Positions 19,975 to 29,249 of a stretch of 64,000 nucleotides of DNA are shown piece after piece (position 1 is the first letter of the stretch; each line of letters begins with the position of its first letter). This DNA comes from Terracidiphilus sp. GTDB lineage: Bacteria > Acidobacteriota > Terriglobia > Terriglobales > Acidobacteriaceae. Location: NCBI GenBank assembly GCA_035524195.1, contig DATKPJ010000048.1:29919-93918 (forward strand). The letters run 5' to 3'. Made by a program: the position numbers and the translations under genes. Under the pieces are notes generated by a model, which had not been told where the DNA came from, ran no database searches, and saw only the letters and a program-made list of their open reading frames with translations.

Positions 19975-20454
19975 CTAGAACGGGCTCAGTTCCTGGGCGT
20001 GTTCTTTTCTCGATTTGAAGATTTCGGTGACACGCGCCAGCAGATCGCGGGGATGCACCGGCTTATTGATAAGGGAGAATTGATGCCCCTCGCTGCTTGC
20101 TGAAGCGAGCAGACCCGTTGTGGAAGCTTGACCGGAAAACAAGAGAATCTTGCAATCCGGAAAGATTCGCCGAATAGTGATGGCCAATTCGATCCCGTTC
20201 ATTTCCGGAAGCACCACGTCGGTAATGAGCAACTCAGGCGGAGTCAGCAGCGCTGTTTCCATCGCCTCCTCTGCATCGTAGGCTGCGATGGCCGCGTAAC
20301 CATTCCGGTTCAGGATCTCGACCAGGGTGTCAGCAATGACTGACTCGTCATCGACAACAAGAACCATAGTCCGGTACTCCTCGGTATCGTCCTGGGGAAT
20401 GCTTTGAACTGGCACTGTGGGGAAGTTCTGTTTCTGTTTCATGGGGGAATTCAA
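19975..20454 (-). CDS. Single-domain response regulator (start may be ATG 20442)
   Basis: VLVVDD, LITDVVLPEMNG, FSG, KP receiver motifs; no output domain. Confidence 0.92.
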   Translation of the reverse strand: MNSPMKQKQNFPTVPVQSIPQDDTEEYRTMVLVVDDESVIADTLVEILNRNGYAAIAAYDAEEAMETALLTPPELLITDVVLPEMNGIELAITIRRIFPDCKILLFSGQASTTGLLASASSEGHQFSLINKPVHPRDLLARVTEIFKSRKEHAQELSPF

Positions 20455-20593
20455 CCTCTTAAACGACGGTAGCAGGGATCCGTCAATACGAGGAGAATCT
20501 TTCTAAGTGCTTTAAAACTCCCATCTATAGGTCTGATTTCGGAAGGGATTGGATAGCACCGCGTGAAACTGCGAAAAAGAATTCCGCTAGGCC

Positions 20594-20622
20594 TTGCAAA
20601 TTCTCGTCATCCTGATTATTCT
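20594..20622 (+). promoter_or_regulatory. Putative sigma70 promoter for the 20720 ORF
   Basis: TTGCAA-17 nt-TATTCT. Confidence 0.55.
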
Positions 20623-20627
20623 CTCTT

Positions 20628-20671
20628 CGTTAGGTCAGTTTTGGGATAGTTTAGGACTACGTTAGGAATAG
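20628..20671 (+). repeat. Four helically phased TT(A/G)GG direct repeats
   Basis: TTAGG 20630, TTGGG 20641, TTAGG 20651, TTAGG 20662 (spacing 11/10/11). Confidence 0.6.
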
Positions 20672-20719
20672 TTCTACTGTTCTGGCAAGTACCGCGCCGC
20701 AAAAGGTGGAGAAAACGCC

Positions 20720-21010
20720 ATGACGACCGACTCGGAATTTAGTCCGGCAATGAAGTTTGAGTCAATTCTGCAGCTTGACGTACCGAAGGGGCGGGACGGA
20801 AAGCACAAGCAGATCGTCACCCAAATCCTGAGCGACCTCGAGCAGTTAGCGCCCGGCTCGGCGTTGAAAGTGCCGCTCTCAGTGTTGCCGGATACCAAAG
20901 TGAACATTCGATCTGCTCTGAACCGCGCGACACACCAGCGCGGTCTCAACGTGGCCACTTCCAGCGACCACGAATACTTATATATATGGAAGGTCGAACC
21001 GGAATCCTGA
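20720..21010 (+). CDS. Small hypothetical protein (96 aa)
   Basis: GGTGGAG RBS, plausible codon usage, alpha/beta pattern (LEQLAPGSALKVPL...IRSALNRAT...YLYIWK). Confidence 0.75.
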   Translation: MTTDSEFSPAMKFESILQLDVPKGRDGKHKQIVTQILSDLEQLAPGSALKVPLSVLPDTKVNIRSALNRATHQRGLNVATSSDHEYLYIWKVEPES

Positions 21011-21060
21011 AGGATGAGGGCGATCTTCTGTTCACGCGCGTTGGAAAGCGATTCTCAGAA

Positions 21061-21441
21061 ATGCCGCAAGTTCGAATCGATAAGTGGCTGTGGGCCGCGC
21101 GCTTCTTCAGGACGCGCGCGCTGGCATCGCGGGCGTGTGATCTTGGGCGCATTCAATCGAACGGTGTTGCTGCGAAGCCGGCACGCGAGGTTCGCAACGG
21201 AGACATGCTGCGTGTGCGAAACGAGGGCGGCGAGTTCGAGATCGAGGTGCTGCAATTGTGTGAAATGCGCGGTCCAGCCGCAGTGGCCCAGGCACTTTAT
21301 CGCGAGACTGAAGCCAGCAAAGAGGCCCGGATGAAGCTTGCGGCCGAACGCAAAGCAATGCAGGAGTTCGCACCGCTGCCGGAGCATCGGCCATCGAAGC
21401 GTGATCGCCGAAGAATCATTCAGTTTCGCGGGAGAGTCTAG
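21061..21441 (+). CDS. hslR: S4-domain RNA-binding protein Hsp15 (ribosome-associated heat shock protein)
   Basis: VRIDKWLWAARFFRTR, KPAREV, LYRET, RPSKRDRRRI. Confidence 0.93.
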   Translation: MPQVRIDKWLWAARFFRTRALASRACDLGRIQSNGVAAKPAREVRNGDMLRVRNEGGEFEIEVLQLCEMRGPAAVAQALYRETEASKEARMKLAAERKAMQEFAPLPEHRPSKRDRRRIIQFRGRV

Positions 21442-21537
21442 AACTATATCGATGGAGCCGGTTGCTCGGCGTTCATGAAGTTCGCCAGCGATGCGGCCTG
21501 CGGGACCACGGCCAACTTTAGTAGACTCAACGGCAGT

Positions 21538-23823
21538 ATGTTTGATTCCCTTCCCTCGAGTTACCGGCGATCGCGCATGGCGCTGGCCGGATTTGCCGCC
21601 GTCTTTTTTGCTCTTGTTTGCCCGCTTTCTCAAGCGCAGACCACGCATCTGTGGGCTCAGTCGCGGTTTGACGACTTTGAGAAAGGCACCCCGCTCGGAG
21701 TTGCCATCGGCAGCAATGGGCATCTTCGCCAGGGGCCGGGACTGACCGAGATCGTTACGACGCCATCGACGTTCGTGTGGTCGGTGACGGTGGACAAGAA
21801 TGGAAGTGCCTATCTGGGAACAGGATCTCCTGCCACCGTGCTGCGCACCGGAACACAAAAGGGCGAAAAGCCTTTCACGCTTTTTGAAACCAAGGACCTG
21901 AGCGTGCAGGTGGTTCGGATCGGACCGGACGGATCCCTTTATGCTGCGACCTTGCCGAGCGGAAAAGTCTACAAACTGAATCCGAGCGCCACGACCAAGC
22001 AGGATGCAGCGAACGCGACCTTGGTGTTCGATGCCGCAAAGTTCGACGTGAAATCAGATGGAGATGGGAGCGATCCCGCCACCCACTACATCTGGGATAT
22101 GACGTTCGACGCGCAGGGTCGCCTTTATATCGCGACCGGTGGACCTGCGGCAATCTATCGCGTGGACGTGGCGAAACCAAATGCCCAGCCGGAGTTGTTC
22201 TTCAAGAGCGACGAACAGCACATTCGCGCTCTGGCATGGGACGCAAAGGGCGACCTGATTGCCGGTACCGACGGTTCGGGACTTGTTTATCGCATCAGCC
22301 CCGAAGGCAAAGGCTATGTGCTCTTCGACGCGCCAAGGCGCGAGATCACTTCGGTTGCGGTGGCCTCTGATGGAACCATCTACGCAGCAAACGTGGGCGA
22401 GAAGGGACACAATCCCCTGCCCCCATTGCCCGTCACGGGCGTCGCGACAATCACTTTTACGATCGTGCAGCCGGGATCGCTGCAGGCCGCCAACACCAGT
22501 ACTTCCCTGCCCGAGGGAACCGACATTTACGCCATCAAGGAAGGAGAGGCGCCGCGCAAGCTGTGGTCGGGGAAGGACGAGGTCGTGTACGCGATTGCTG
22601 CGGAAGCCGATGGGCTGCTGGCGCTCAGCGGAAATCGCGGGCACATCTTCCGCATTCAGCCCGATGGCAGCTATGCCGACGTAGGTCATCTGAATGCGCA
22701 GCAGGGATTGTGCCTTGCTCACGTGCACGGATCGGAAGGAATGAGCGGCGTACTCATCGGCACCGGCAATACAGGAAAATTGTTTGTGCTGGGTCAGTCG
22801 GAGCGACACGAATACGCCAGCGACGTACTGGATACTGGCGCAATGGCGCGTTTTGGCCGCATGGAGATTGAGCCCGGTTCAAGCGGTTACGAGATGTGGA
22901 CGCGGTCGGGAAATGTGGAACAGCCAATTCGCGGATGGAGCGACTGGCAGCCGCTGAAAGATGGGGCAGTCGCATCGCCTGCGGGGAGGTTCCTGCAATG
23001 GAAAGCCGTTTTGCGGCCGGGAGGAAATGTGGGCAGCGTGAGCGTGAATTACCTGCCCGTCAACTCGGCGCCGGTGATTGATGATCTGGTTGTCGTCCCC
23101 GGCGCCCGGGTTACGTCGCAGGCACAGCAGCCCGCGCAGCAAACGGTGAACATCGCGTTCAATTCGCCAAGCCAGACTCCTCCGGCGACGAACACCGATG
23201 AATCTGCAAATACCCCGCTGCAGGCCACCAAGGATCGCACCAGCATTGCTGTTCGCTGGGCGGCGCACGATGAGAATGGCGACGACCTTGATTATTCGCT
23301 CTATCTGCGCGGAGACGGCGAACATGTGTGGCGCTTGCTCAAGAAAAACCTGACGGAAAAGGCCTACAGTTTCGACGCCACGCGGATTCCAGATGGCGGA
23401 TATGAGGTGAAGGTGGTGGCCTCCGATGCACCGTCGCATTCGCCTGACCAAGTTCTCACAAGCTCAAAGGTGAGCGATCGCTTTGTAGTGGATACGACGC
23501 CCCCTGTGGTGACGGCACTGAAGGCATTGGAGGAAGCGGAATCGTGCGTGAAGGCGCCCTGCGCCACGAGCGTGCACGCGAGTTTCGACGCCGACGACGC
23601 CACCTCGCCGATTGCGCGCGCGGAGTACTCGCTTGATGCCGGGCGCTGGCAGTTCATCGCACCCGTGGGCGAATTATCGGATTCGAAGCACGAGCATTAT
23701 GAGCTCCGCCTGCCGTCCTCTGCGCTCAAGGGCGAAGGCGAGCACCTGCTGACCGTGCGCGTATATGACCGATACGACAATGTGGGACTGGCGAAGACGG
23801 TGTTTGGCGGGGAAGCCAAATAA
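21538..23823 (+). CDS. Large exported beta-propeller (WD40/NHL-like) protein with C-terminal Ig/FN3-like domains (start uncertain, 21538 or 21577)
   Basis: Signal peptide ending SQA; repeated blades (VWSVTVDKNGSAYLGTG, IWDMTFDAQGRLYIATG, IRALAWDAKGDLIAGTD, ITSVAVASDGTIYAAN); D(T)TPP and EYSLD Ig-like tail. Confidence 0.8.
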   Translation: MFDSLPSSYRRSRMALAGFAAVFFALVCPLSQAQTTHLWAQSRFDDFEKGTPLGVAIGSNGHLRQGPGLTEIVTTPSTFVWSVTVDKNGSAYLGTGSPATVLRTGTQKGEKPFTLFETKDLSVQVVRIGPDGSLYAATLPSGKVYKLNPSATTKQDAANATLVFDAAKFDVKSDGDGSDPATHYIWDMTFDAQGRLYIATGGPAAIYRVDVAKPNAQPELFFKSDEQHIRALAWDAKGDLIAGTDGSGLVYRISPEGKGYVLFDAPRREITSVAVASDGTIYAANVGEKGHNPLPPLPVTGVATITFTIVQPGSLQAANTSTSLPEGTDIYAIKEGEAPRKLWSGKDEVVYAIAAEADGLLALSGNRGHIFRIQPDGSYADVGHLNAQQGLCLAHVHGSEGMSGVLIGTGNTGKLFVLGQSERHEYASDVLDTGAMARFGRMEIEPGSSGYEMWTRSGNVEQPIRGWSDWQPLKDGAVASPAGRFLQWKAVLRPGGNVGSVSVNYLPVNSAPVIDDLVVVPGARVTSQAQQPAQQTVNIAFNSPSQTPPATNTDESANTPLQATKDRTSIAVRWAAHDENGDDLDYSLYLRGDGEHVWRLLKKNLTEKAYSFDATRIPDGGYEVKVVASDAPSHSPDQVLTSSKVSDRFVVDTTPPVVTALKALEEAESCVKAPCATSVHASFDADDATSPIARAEYSLDAGRWQFIAPVGELSDSKHEHYELRLPSSALKGEGEHLLTVRVYDRYDNVGLAKTVFGGEAK

Positions 23824-23828
23824 GCACA

Positions 23829-25079
23829 ATGCGATTTGAACTGTTTGTTGCGGCGCGGTACCTGAGAGCCAAACGGCGGCAGGCCGTAGTGGGCGTGGTC
23901 ACCGCCATCTCCGTTGCCGGAGTGGCTGCAGGCGTTGCGGCGCTTATCATCGCCCTCGCTATCACCAACGGGATGCAGCGCGACCTGGAAGGCAAGCTGG
24001 TTGACTCAACCTCTCATATCCAGCTCATGCAGGTGGCTGGCCGCGGTATTCGGGACTGGCGGCCTTTGCTCGAGAAGTTGAGCCATCTGCCGCACGTGGT
24101 TGCTGCTTCGCCTGCGTTGTGGGAGCAGGTGCTGGTGTCGCACGGCCCGCGAGCGGGCGGAGCCATCGTCGAAGGCATTCTGCCCGATTACGAGAACTCG
24201 GTGAGCACCCTGCTCAAAAATGCCACGCCGGGTTCGACCCAGGCCCTGGAGCCTGCGCGCGAGCCTGCAACCGGAGAAGGTTCGGAGTTGCCGCCGGTTA
24301 TTCTGGGACAAGACCTGGCGGAGACCATTGGGGCCGCGGTCGGCGACACGGTGACGTTGATCAGCCCGCAGGGCAACTTGACGCCAATTGGGCTGGAGCC
24401 CAAGTACGTGCCATACCGGCTGGTGGGGACCTACCATAGCGGCTTCTACGAATACGACAACCAGATGGGTTTTCTGCGTCTGGCTGACGCGCAGCGTCTC
24501 TTCGATGAGCCGGATTTGATCACAGTCATCAGCTTCAAGGTCGACGATCCCAATCGGGCGCCGCAGATTGCCGATGAGATCGAAAAGGCGGCCGGCAAGG
24601 AATACATGACGACCAACTGGATCGAGCAGAACCACGCACTGTTCCGCGCGCTCTCTGAGGAACGGGTGGTGTCGTTCATCGTGATCGCGTTGATCGTGAT
24701 GGTCGCCGCGCTCAATATTCTCATCGCTCTCACCATGATGGTGATGGAAAAGACGCGCGACATTGCCGTCATGATGAGCTACGGGGTTGACCCCGGCCAG
24801 GTGCGGCGCATCTTTCTAATGCAGGGATTCCTGATCAGCATCGTCGGCACGGTGATTGGCCTTGTGCTGGGATATATCGCATCATGGGCGGGCGGACACT
24901 ACCACTTCATTCATCTCTCAGCCGAGGTCTATTCGATTGACACTCTGCCGTTCGCGCCGCGTCCGCTGGATGGGGTCATTGTGTCGGCAGTTTCCATAGG
25001 GATATCGCTGCTGGCCACGCTGTATCCGTCATCAACAGCTGCACGCATCCTGCCGGCCGAAGCATTGCGGTACGAATGA
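23829..25079 (+). CDS. Lipoprotein-releasing ABC transporter permease LolC/E family
   Basis: FELFVAARYLRAKRRQ, ALAITNG, GFYEYD, VAALNIL...MVMEKTRDIA, PAEALRYE. Confidence 0.92.
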   Translation: MRFELFVAARYLRAKRRQAVVGVVTAISVAGVAAGVAALIIALAITNGMQRDLEGKLVDSTSHIQLMQVAGRGIRDWRPLLEKLSHLPHVVAASPALWEQVLVSHGPRAGGAIVEGILPDYENSVSTLLKNATPGSTQALEPAREPATGEGSELPPVILGQDLAETIGAAVGDTVTLISPQGNLTPIGLEPKYVPYRLVGTYHSGFYEYDNQMGFLRLADAQRLFDEPDLITVISFKVDDPNRAPQIADEIEKAAGKEYMTTNWIEQNHALFRALSEERVVSFIVIALIVMVAALNILIALTMMVMEKTRDIAVMMSYGVDPGQVRRIFLMQGFLISIVGTVIGLVLGYIASWAGGHYHFIHLSAEVYSIDTLPFAPRPLDGVIVSAVSIGISLLATLYPSSTAARILPAEALRYE

Positions 25080-25151
25080 CCCTGAGAGTCGCGAAATCAG
25101 TTTGACCGGCTACATCCCTCGGGGACTCAATCCGTATCCTGCGCGGCATTT

Positions 25152-26009
25152 CTACCAGGCAATCTTTTCCGGCAAAAACTCCGCGAACAGCTCGTCGTAA
25201 TACGGCTTGAGCTCTTTGACGTCAGGCTTCGAGTGCCCCTTGGAGTACAAGTCATACTGATTGAATTTAAGCACCCACTCCAGCATGGCTCGATCCTGCT
25301 CGTTCGTCAGGTGCTCGTACGCCCCATGCCGATGCCACGGGTAAAACGAGTGGAAGCGCAGCATGTACAGCGCCTCGGTTCGCAGATACGGCTTCATCAC
25401 TTCCGCAATATAGCCGTCATGACCAAACGACATGTGCACATTCTCCAGACCACAGTTCGGCTCATAAATTCCGCATTTCGTCTGATACTCCGGAACCAGC
25501 CGATCGGGGTTCCTGGCAAAGTACTCAGGAAACACGATCGATTCTGACCACGCGCAGCCCACCGGAAACGTATCGCCCACCACGCCCCATTGCGGCTCTC
25601 CATACAGGCAAAGGCATTTGCCAAGGTCGTGCAAAAATCCCGTCAAAACCATCCACCGCGGATGCCCGTCCCTCCGGATCGCTTCCGACGTCTGCAGCAG
25701 GTGCTCGATCTGCGTCAGATCAGTGTCGGGATCGCTGTCGTCCACCAGCGTGTTCAGGAACTCCGCCGCCTCCCAGATCGTCTTCATTCCCTTGTTCAGG
25801 CCGAAGTATTGTTTCTCCTTTTCAAGGACGTAAGCGACTGTCTGTCCCTCGTGGTTCAGCCGATAAAACTCCGCTACGCCCGGCGTGGCCTTCGCATCAT
25901 AAATGCGAAACTCTTCCTTCGACCTGCCCTCACGGTAACGGCCTTCGACAAAGTCATCCCATTGATCGAGCTGTGCAAGCGGTTGCGCGTGGGGAATGGT
26001 GGCGCTCAT
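25152..26009 (-). CDS. myo-Inositol oxygenase (MIOX, di-iron HD-fold)
   Basis: LVDDSDPDTD...EHLLQTSEAIR, HDLGK, QWGVVGDTFPVGC, GHDGY, RFHSFYPWH, FNQYDLYSK; AAGGAG RBS before ATG 26009. Confidence 0.95.
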   Translation of the reverse strand: MSATIPHAQPLAQLDQWDDFVEGRYREGRSKEEFRIYDAKATPGVAEFYRLNHEGQTVAYVLEKEKQYFGLNKGMKTIWEAAEFLNTLVDDSDPDTDLTQIEHLLQTSEAIRRDGHPRWMVLTGFLHDLGKCLCLYGEPQWGVVGDTFPVGCAWSESIVFPEYFARNPDRLVPEYQTKCGIYEPNCGLENVHMSFGHDGYIAEVMKPYLRTEALYMLRFHSFYPWHRHGAYEHLTNEQDRAMLEWVLKFNQYDLYSKGHSKPDVKELKPYYDELFAEFLPEKIAW

Positions 26010-26151
26010 GTTGATCTCCTTCACCGTCAGCATGAATTGTCACCCGGCGACAATCCTGCTTGTCACTCTTCTACCAAGAGAGCAACGGCTTAGCAAGTCA
26101 ATTCAGCCCCGAACTTGACCTCCGAAACATTACTTTTTCGGGCGGGAAACG

Positions 26152-26204
26152 CAGGAACTCCTCCATATCCGAAGGCTTCTGCCCACCGGAATGGGGGAGT
26201 CCTG
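26152..26204 (-). terminator. Long imperfect hairpin downstream of the TonB-like gene
   Basis: CAGGAACTCCTCCATATCCG...CGGAATGGGGGAGTCCTG. Confidence 0.5.
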
Positions 26205-26218
26205 TTCTCGGTTTCGGC

Positions 26219-26668
26219 TCAACGAGGTTCGAAGTTGATCTTCAGATTCAGATCCATCGGAACTGCCTGTTGATCAAGCATTGCCGGTTGAAAGTGATAA
26301 CCGCGTACCGCCGCAAGAACTCTCGAATCCACCGTCGGATTTGCGGTTTTCACGATTTCGACGTTGTGGGGAGCACCTGTCACATCCACGCGAAGGTGCA
26401 CAAGGACGTATTGGCTGGCCAAGTCCGGGGTAGCAAAATCAGTTGTCGCCACCCTGATCGGCAGCCCTGTCAGCAGTTTCGGGCCAACAACGCCGGAGCT
26501 GATCGGGCGTGCACGGGTGCTTTCGTAGGTTGGGGCAGCGGCGTCCATTGCGGTTGCGTAGGTGGCCGCATTACGTGCCTCCAGCGTTGCACTCTGGCCC
26601 TTCGTCGCTGTCTGGGCTTGGAGCAGCATGGCGGAGAAAGCAAGACTCAGTACAAGAAATCTGCGCAT
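26219..26668 (-). CDS. Short TonB C-terminal domain protein with signal peptide
   Basis: VLVHLRVDVTGAPHNVEIVK...AVRGYHFQPA...INF TonB_C pattern; GGAG RBS. Confidence 0.8.
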   Translation of the reverse strand: MRRFLVLSLAFSAMLLQAQTATKGQSATLEARNAATYATAMDAAAPTYESTRARPISSGVVGPKLLTGLPIRVATTDFATPDLASQYVLVHLRVDVTGAPHNVEIVKTANPTVDSRVLAAVRGYHFQPAMLDQQAVPMDLNLKINFEPR

Positions 26669-26920
26669 TAAAAAAGCTCCTCAAGGTCAAGAGTGACCGT
26701 CATAAATTTAAACCCAAACATAGAAGTCTGTCAATTCAAAAATAAAGCGCATTTATTTTCATAACTTTGCGCTGCGTGATTATGTTTCGATTTGAATGAT
26801 TCGTGAGGCGGAGTCCAATTCGCAGGAGTCTCTGATTACCCGGCGTCAGCCCCTACGACCGGGTCTTCCAGTCTGAATTCGCAGCGTCTTGTTTCACGAC
26901 CACGGTCGCGATTCGCTACC

Positions 26921-27634
26921 ATGAACTGGATGTCCAAATCCCCACCCCGGCAAACCTTGCTTATCGACGCAGACGACACGCTGTGGGAAAACAATGTCTA
27001 CTTCGAGCGCGCGATCGCAGCCTTCATCGGCTATCTCAATCACACAAGCTATTCTCCCGATGAAGTACGCAAGACTCTCAACGCTGTCGAACGCGAAACC
27101 ATCCTCGCTCACGGGTATGGTCTCAGCAGTTTCACTCGTTCTCTCGTCACGTGCTTTGAGCGCCTGAGTCCCGAGCCGCTCACAGAGAAAAAACGAGCCG
27201 GTATCGTGAGCTTTGCGCAAACCATCGCCGATCAGGAAATCGAACTTCTCCCTGATGTCGATGAAACTCTGGCCGATCTCGCCACGCGGCACCGTCTCAT
27301 CCTCATGACCAAGGGAAATCACGCTGAACAGGCAGACAAGCTTGCCCGCTCAGGACTCGCCTCTCACTTCACGGCCGTCGAAATCGTCCCTGAAAAAGAT
27401 CCCCCAACCTACCGCATGGTCATCGAGCGGCACGAGCTCGAGCCGCATGCGAGCTGGATGATCGGCAATAGTCCCAGGAGCGATATCAACCCCGCACTCG
27501 CTGCCGGTCTTCATGCAGTGTTTCTTTTTCACAAAGAAACCTGGGTGCTTGAGCATGATCAGATCGATGCACCACCGCCCGGCCAGCAATTGCTCGAACT
27601 CGATTCTTTTTCCGCACTTTCGACGGTCTTCTGA
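26921..27634 (+). CDS. HAD family hydrolase
   Basis: DADDTLWEN, TKG, EK, WMIGNSPRSDINPALAAG. Confidence 0.93.
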   Translation: MNWMSKSPPRQTLLIDADDTLWENNVYFERAIAAFIGYLNHTSYSPDEVRKTLNAVERETILAHGYGLSSFTRSLVTCFERLSPEPLTEKKRAGIVSFAQTIADQEIELLPDVDETLADLATRHRLILMTKGNHAEQADKLARSGLASHFTAVEIVPEKDPPTYRMVIERHELEPHASWMIGNSPRSDINPALAAGLHAVFLFHKETWVLEHDQIDAPPPGQQLLELDSFSALSTVF

Positions 27635-27779
27635 CGTCCTCGCGCGCTGGCTCGATCCCTGTTGCGGGTATCTAACTGACGGAGGGCTAACATGCAGATT
27701 CCCTTCGTACCCTCAATTCGATCAAATCTGCTCGATTTAAGCTAAGTCTGTGCTATCTTTTAGCGTTGGGAATTATGGA

Positions 27780-28274
27780 ATGACTCCATCCCTCCATCAA
27801 ACATCGATTCCCCTGGGCACAAGATTCAGCACTCTGTATCCCGCGCCCCCGCGGGTCCATTGGGCTGTTCTGCTCGTCACAATTGCTGTCGCTGAAGCAG
27901 TTGCGTTCTTGCTTGTGCCTCAGCCGTATCGCGATTTCTGCATTAATCTCGGAATCGCGGCTTGGCCGATCTATCTTTGCTTGTGGATCCGCAGAATCGA
28001 CCGGCAATCCGTGTCGCTTTATTGGGCTCTCGCGTCCTTTGTCACCGGTTTCCTCTTCACATGGCTACTTTGGCTCGTGGTCATCTTCGAAGTGCGCGAA
28101 GAGCTTCTGGTCCACTACAACAAACGCGAGCCGATTGGCCTGCGCATGAATTGGTTTCTCACCCTGCTCTTCTCCTTCTTTTATTTCCAATATCGCCTTC
28201 GCCCCATCGCAAAAGAGAAAGAAAGCGATGGCGAAGAATATGTCGAAGAAGCAGAACGCTTCATCATTCCCTGA
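27780..28274 (+). CDS. Hypothetical membrane protein (DUF4234-like C-terminus)
   Basis: 4-5 hydrophobic segments; HYNKREPIGL...FFYFQYRL. Confidence 0.65.
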   Translation: MTPSLHQTSIPLGTRFSTLYPAPPRVHWAVLLVTIAVAEAVAFLLVPQPYRDFCINLGIAAWPIYLCLWIRRIDRQSVSLYWALASFVTGFLFTWLLWLVVIFEVREELLVHYNKREPIGLRMNWFLTLLFSFFYFQYRLRPIAKEKESDGEEYVEEAERFIIP

Positions 28275-28397
28275 CGCAAAGTTCCTGCTCCTCAATTCGC
28301 AATCCCCTGCCTCTCCCCGCGCTGAATCGAAGCATCGTCAGTTATCCGCAGAATTGGCTCTGAAGTTGCGCCATGAACGCATACAGTAAAAGCCAGC

Positions 28398-29021
28398 ATG
28401 TACACTCCAAAGTTCAACCAGGTCACCGATCGCGCCGTCCTCATTGAGGCCATGCGAGCCTACTCTTTCGCAATTCTCTTCAGCACGCCTTCAGAACCCG
28501 ATGGAACCACCTCCGCGGTTGCCACTCATCTGCCACTCGTCGTAAAAGATGAGGGTGCACACGGTGTCATCGAAGGCCACTTCGCCCGTGCAAATCATCA
28601 CTGGCAAACGCTCGCCGGCCATGAAGCTCTCATCGTCTTTCCCGGTCCGCATAGTTACGTCTCGCCCTCGCTCTATGTTGAATCTTTGTCAGTTCCTACA
28701 TGGAATTACATCGCCATTCACGCATATGGCACCATGCAGTTGATCGAGGACGATACTGGGAAAAACGACCTGCTCCAGGGCCTCGTCGCACAGCATGAAC
28801 CCGCCTATCTCAAGCAGTGGCAAAGCCTGCCGGATGGTTTTCGCCGCACCATGCTGGCCGGCATCGTCGGATTTCGCGTTCCCATCGCGCGAATCGAAGG
28901 CAAATTCAAGATCAGCCAGAACCGACCCGAGCCTGATCGTCGCAACGTTCAGGCTGCTCAGGCTGCCGGCACCGCGGACCAGCAGGCGCTCGCCTCCTGG
29001 ATGACTCGATTGATGCCGTAA
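28398..29021 (+). CDS. FMN-binding negative transcriptional regulator, PaiB family
   Basis: MYTPKF, ATHLP, GHFARAN, GPHSYVSPS, VPTWNY, GKFKISQNR. Confidence 0.92.
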   Translation: MYTPKFNQVTDRAVLIEAMRAYSFAILFSTPSEPDGTTSAVATHLPLVVKDEGAHGVIEGHFARANHHWQTLAGHEALIVFPGPHSYVSPSLYVESLSVPTWNYIAIHAYGTMQLIEDDTGKNDLLQGLVAQHEPAYLKQWQSLPDGFRRTMLAGIVGFRVPIARIEGKFKISQNRPEPDRRNVQAAQAAGTADQQALASWMTRLMP

Positions 29022-29249
29022 GTATCGAGCTCGCGCCGTCCTCGCTTTGCTCCGCCGGCTCCACGCGTATACTCTGAAGCGGTTTCGGAAACACGTTGCA
29101 CGGTCGAAGATTTAACCCGAAGCTGGCGCTTCTTTGGGTCGCGCCAGTCCAGCGCTGCTGAGGGCAGAGTCACCATTTCCAACACCGATGCAGCGCACTT
29201 CGGCAGCCATATTTCAACGAATACCCGGCAAATCGGAGAGTCACCGACA

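Noticed and set aside
26755-26795. dif-like site (CATAA...TTATGTT) near the skew switch
   Set aside because: The arms are about 15 nt apart instead of 6, and the XerD arm deviates.
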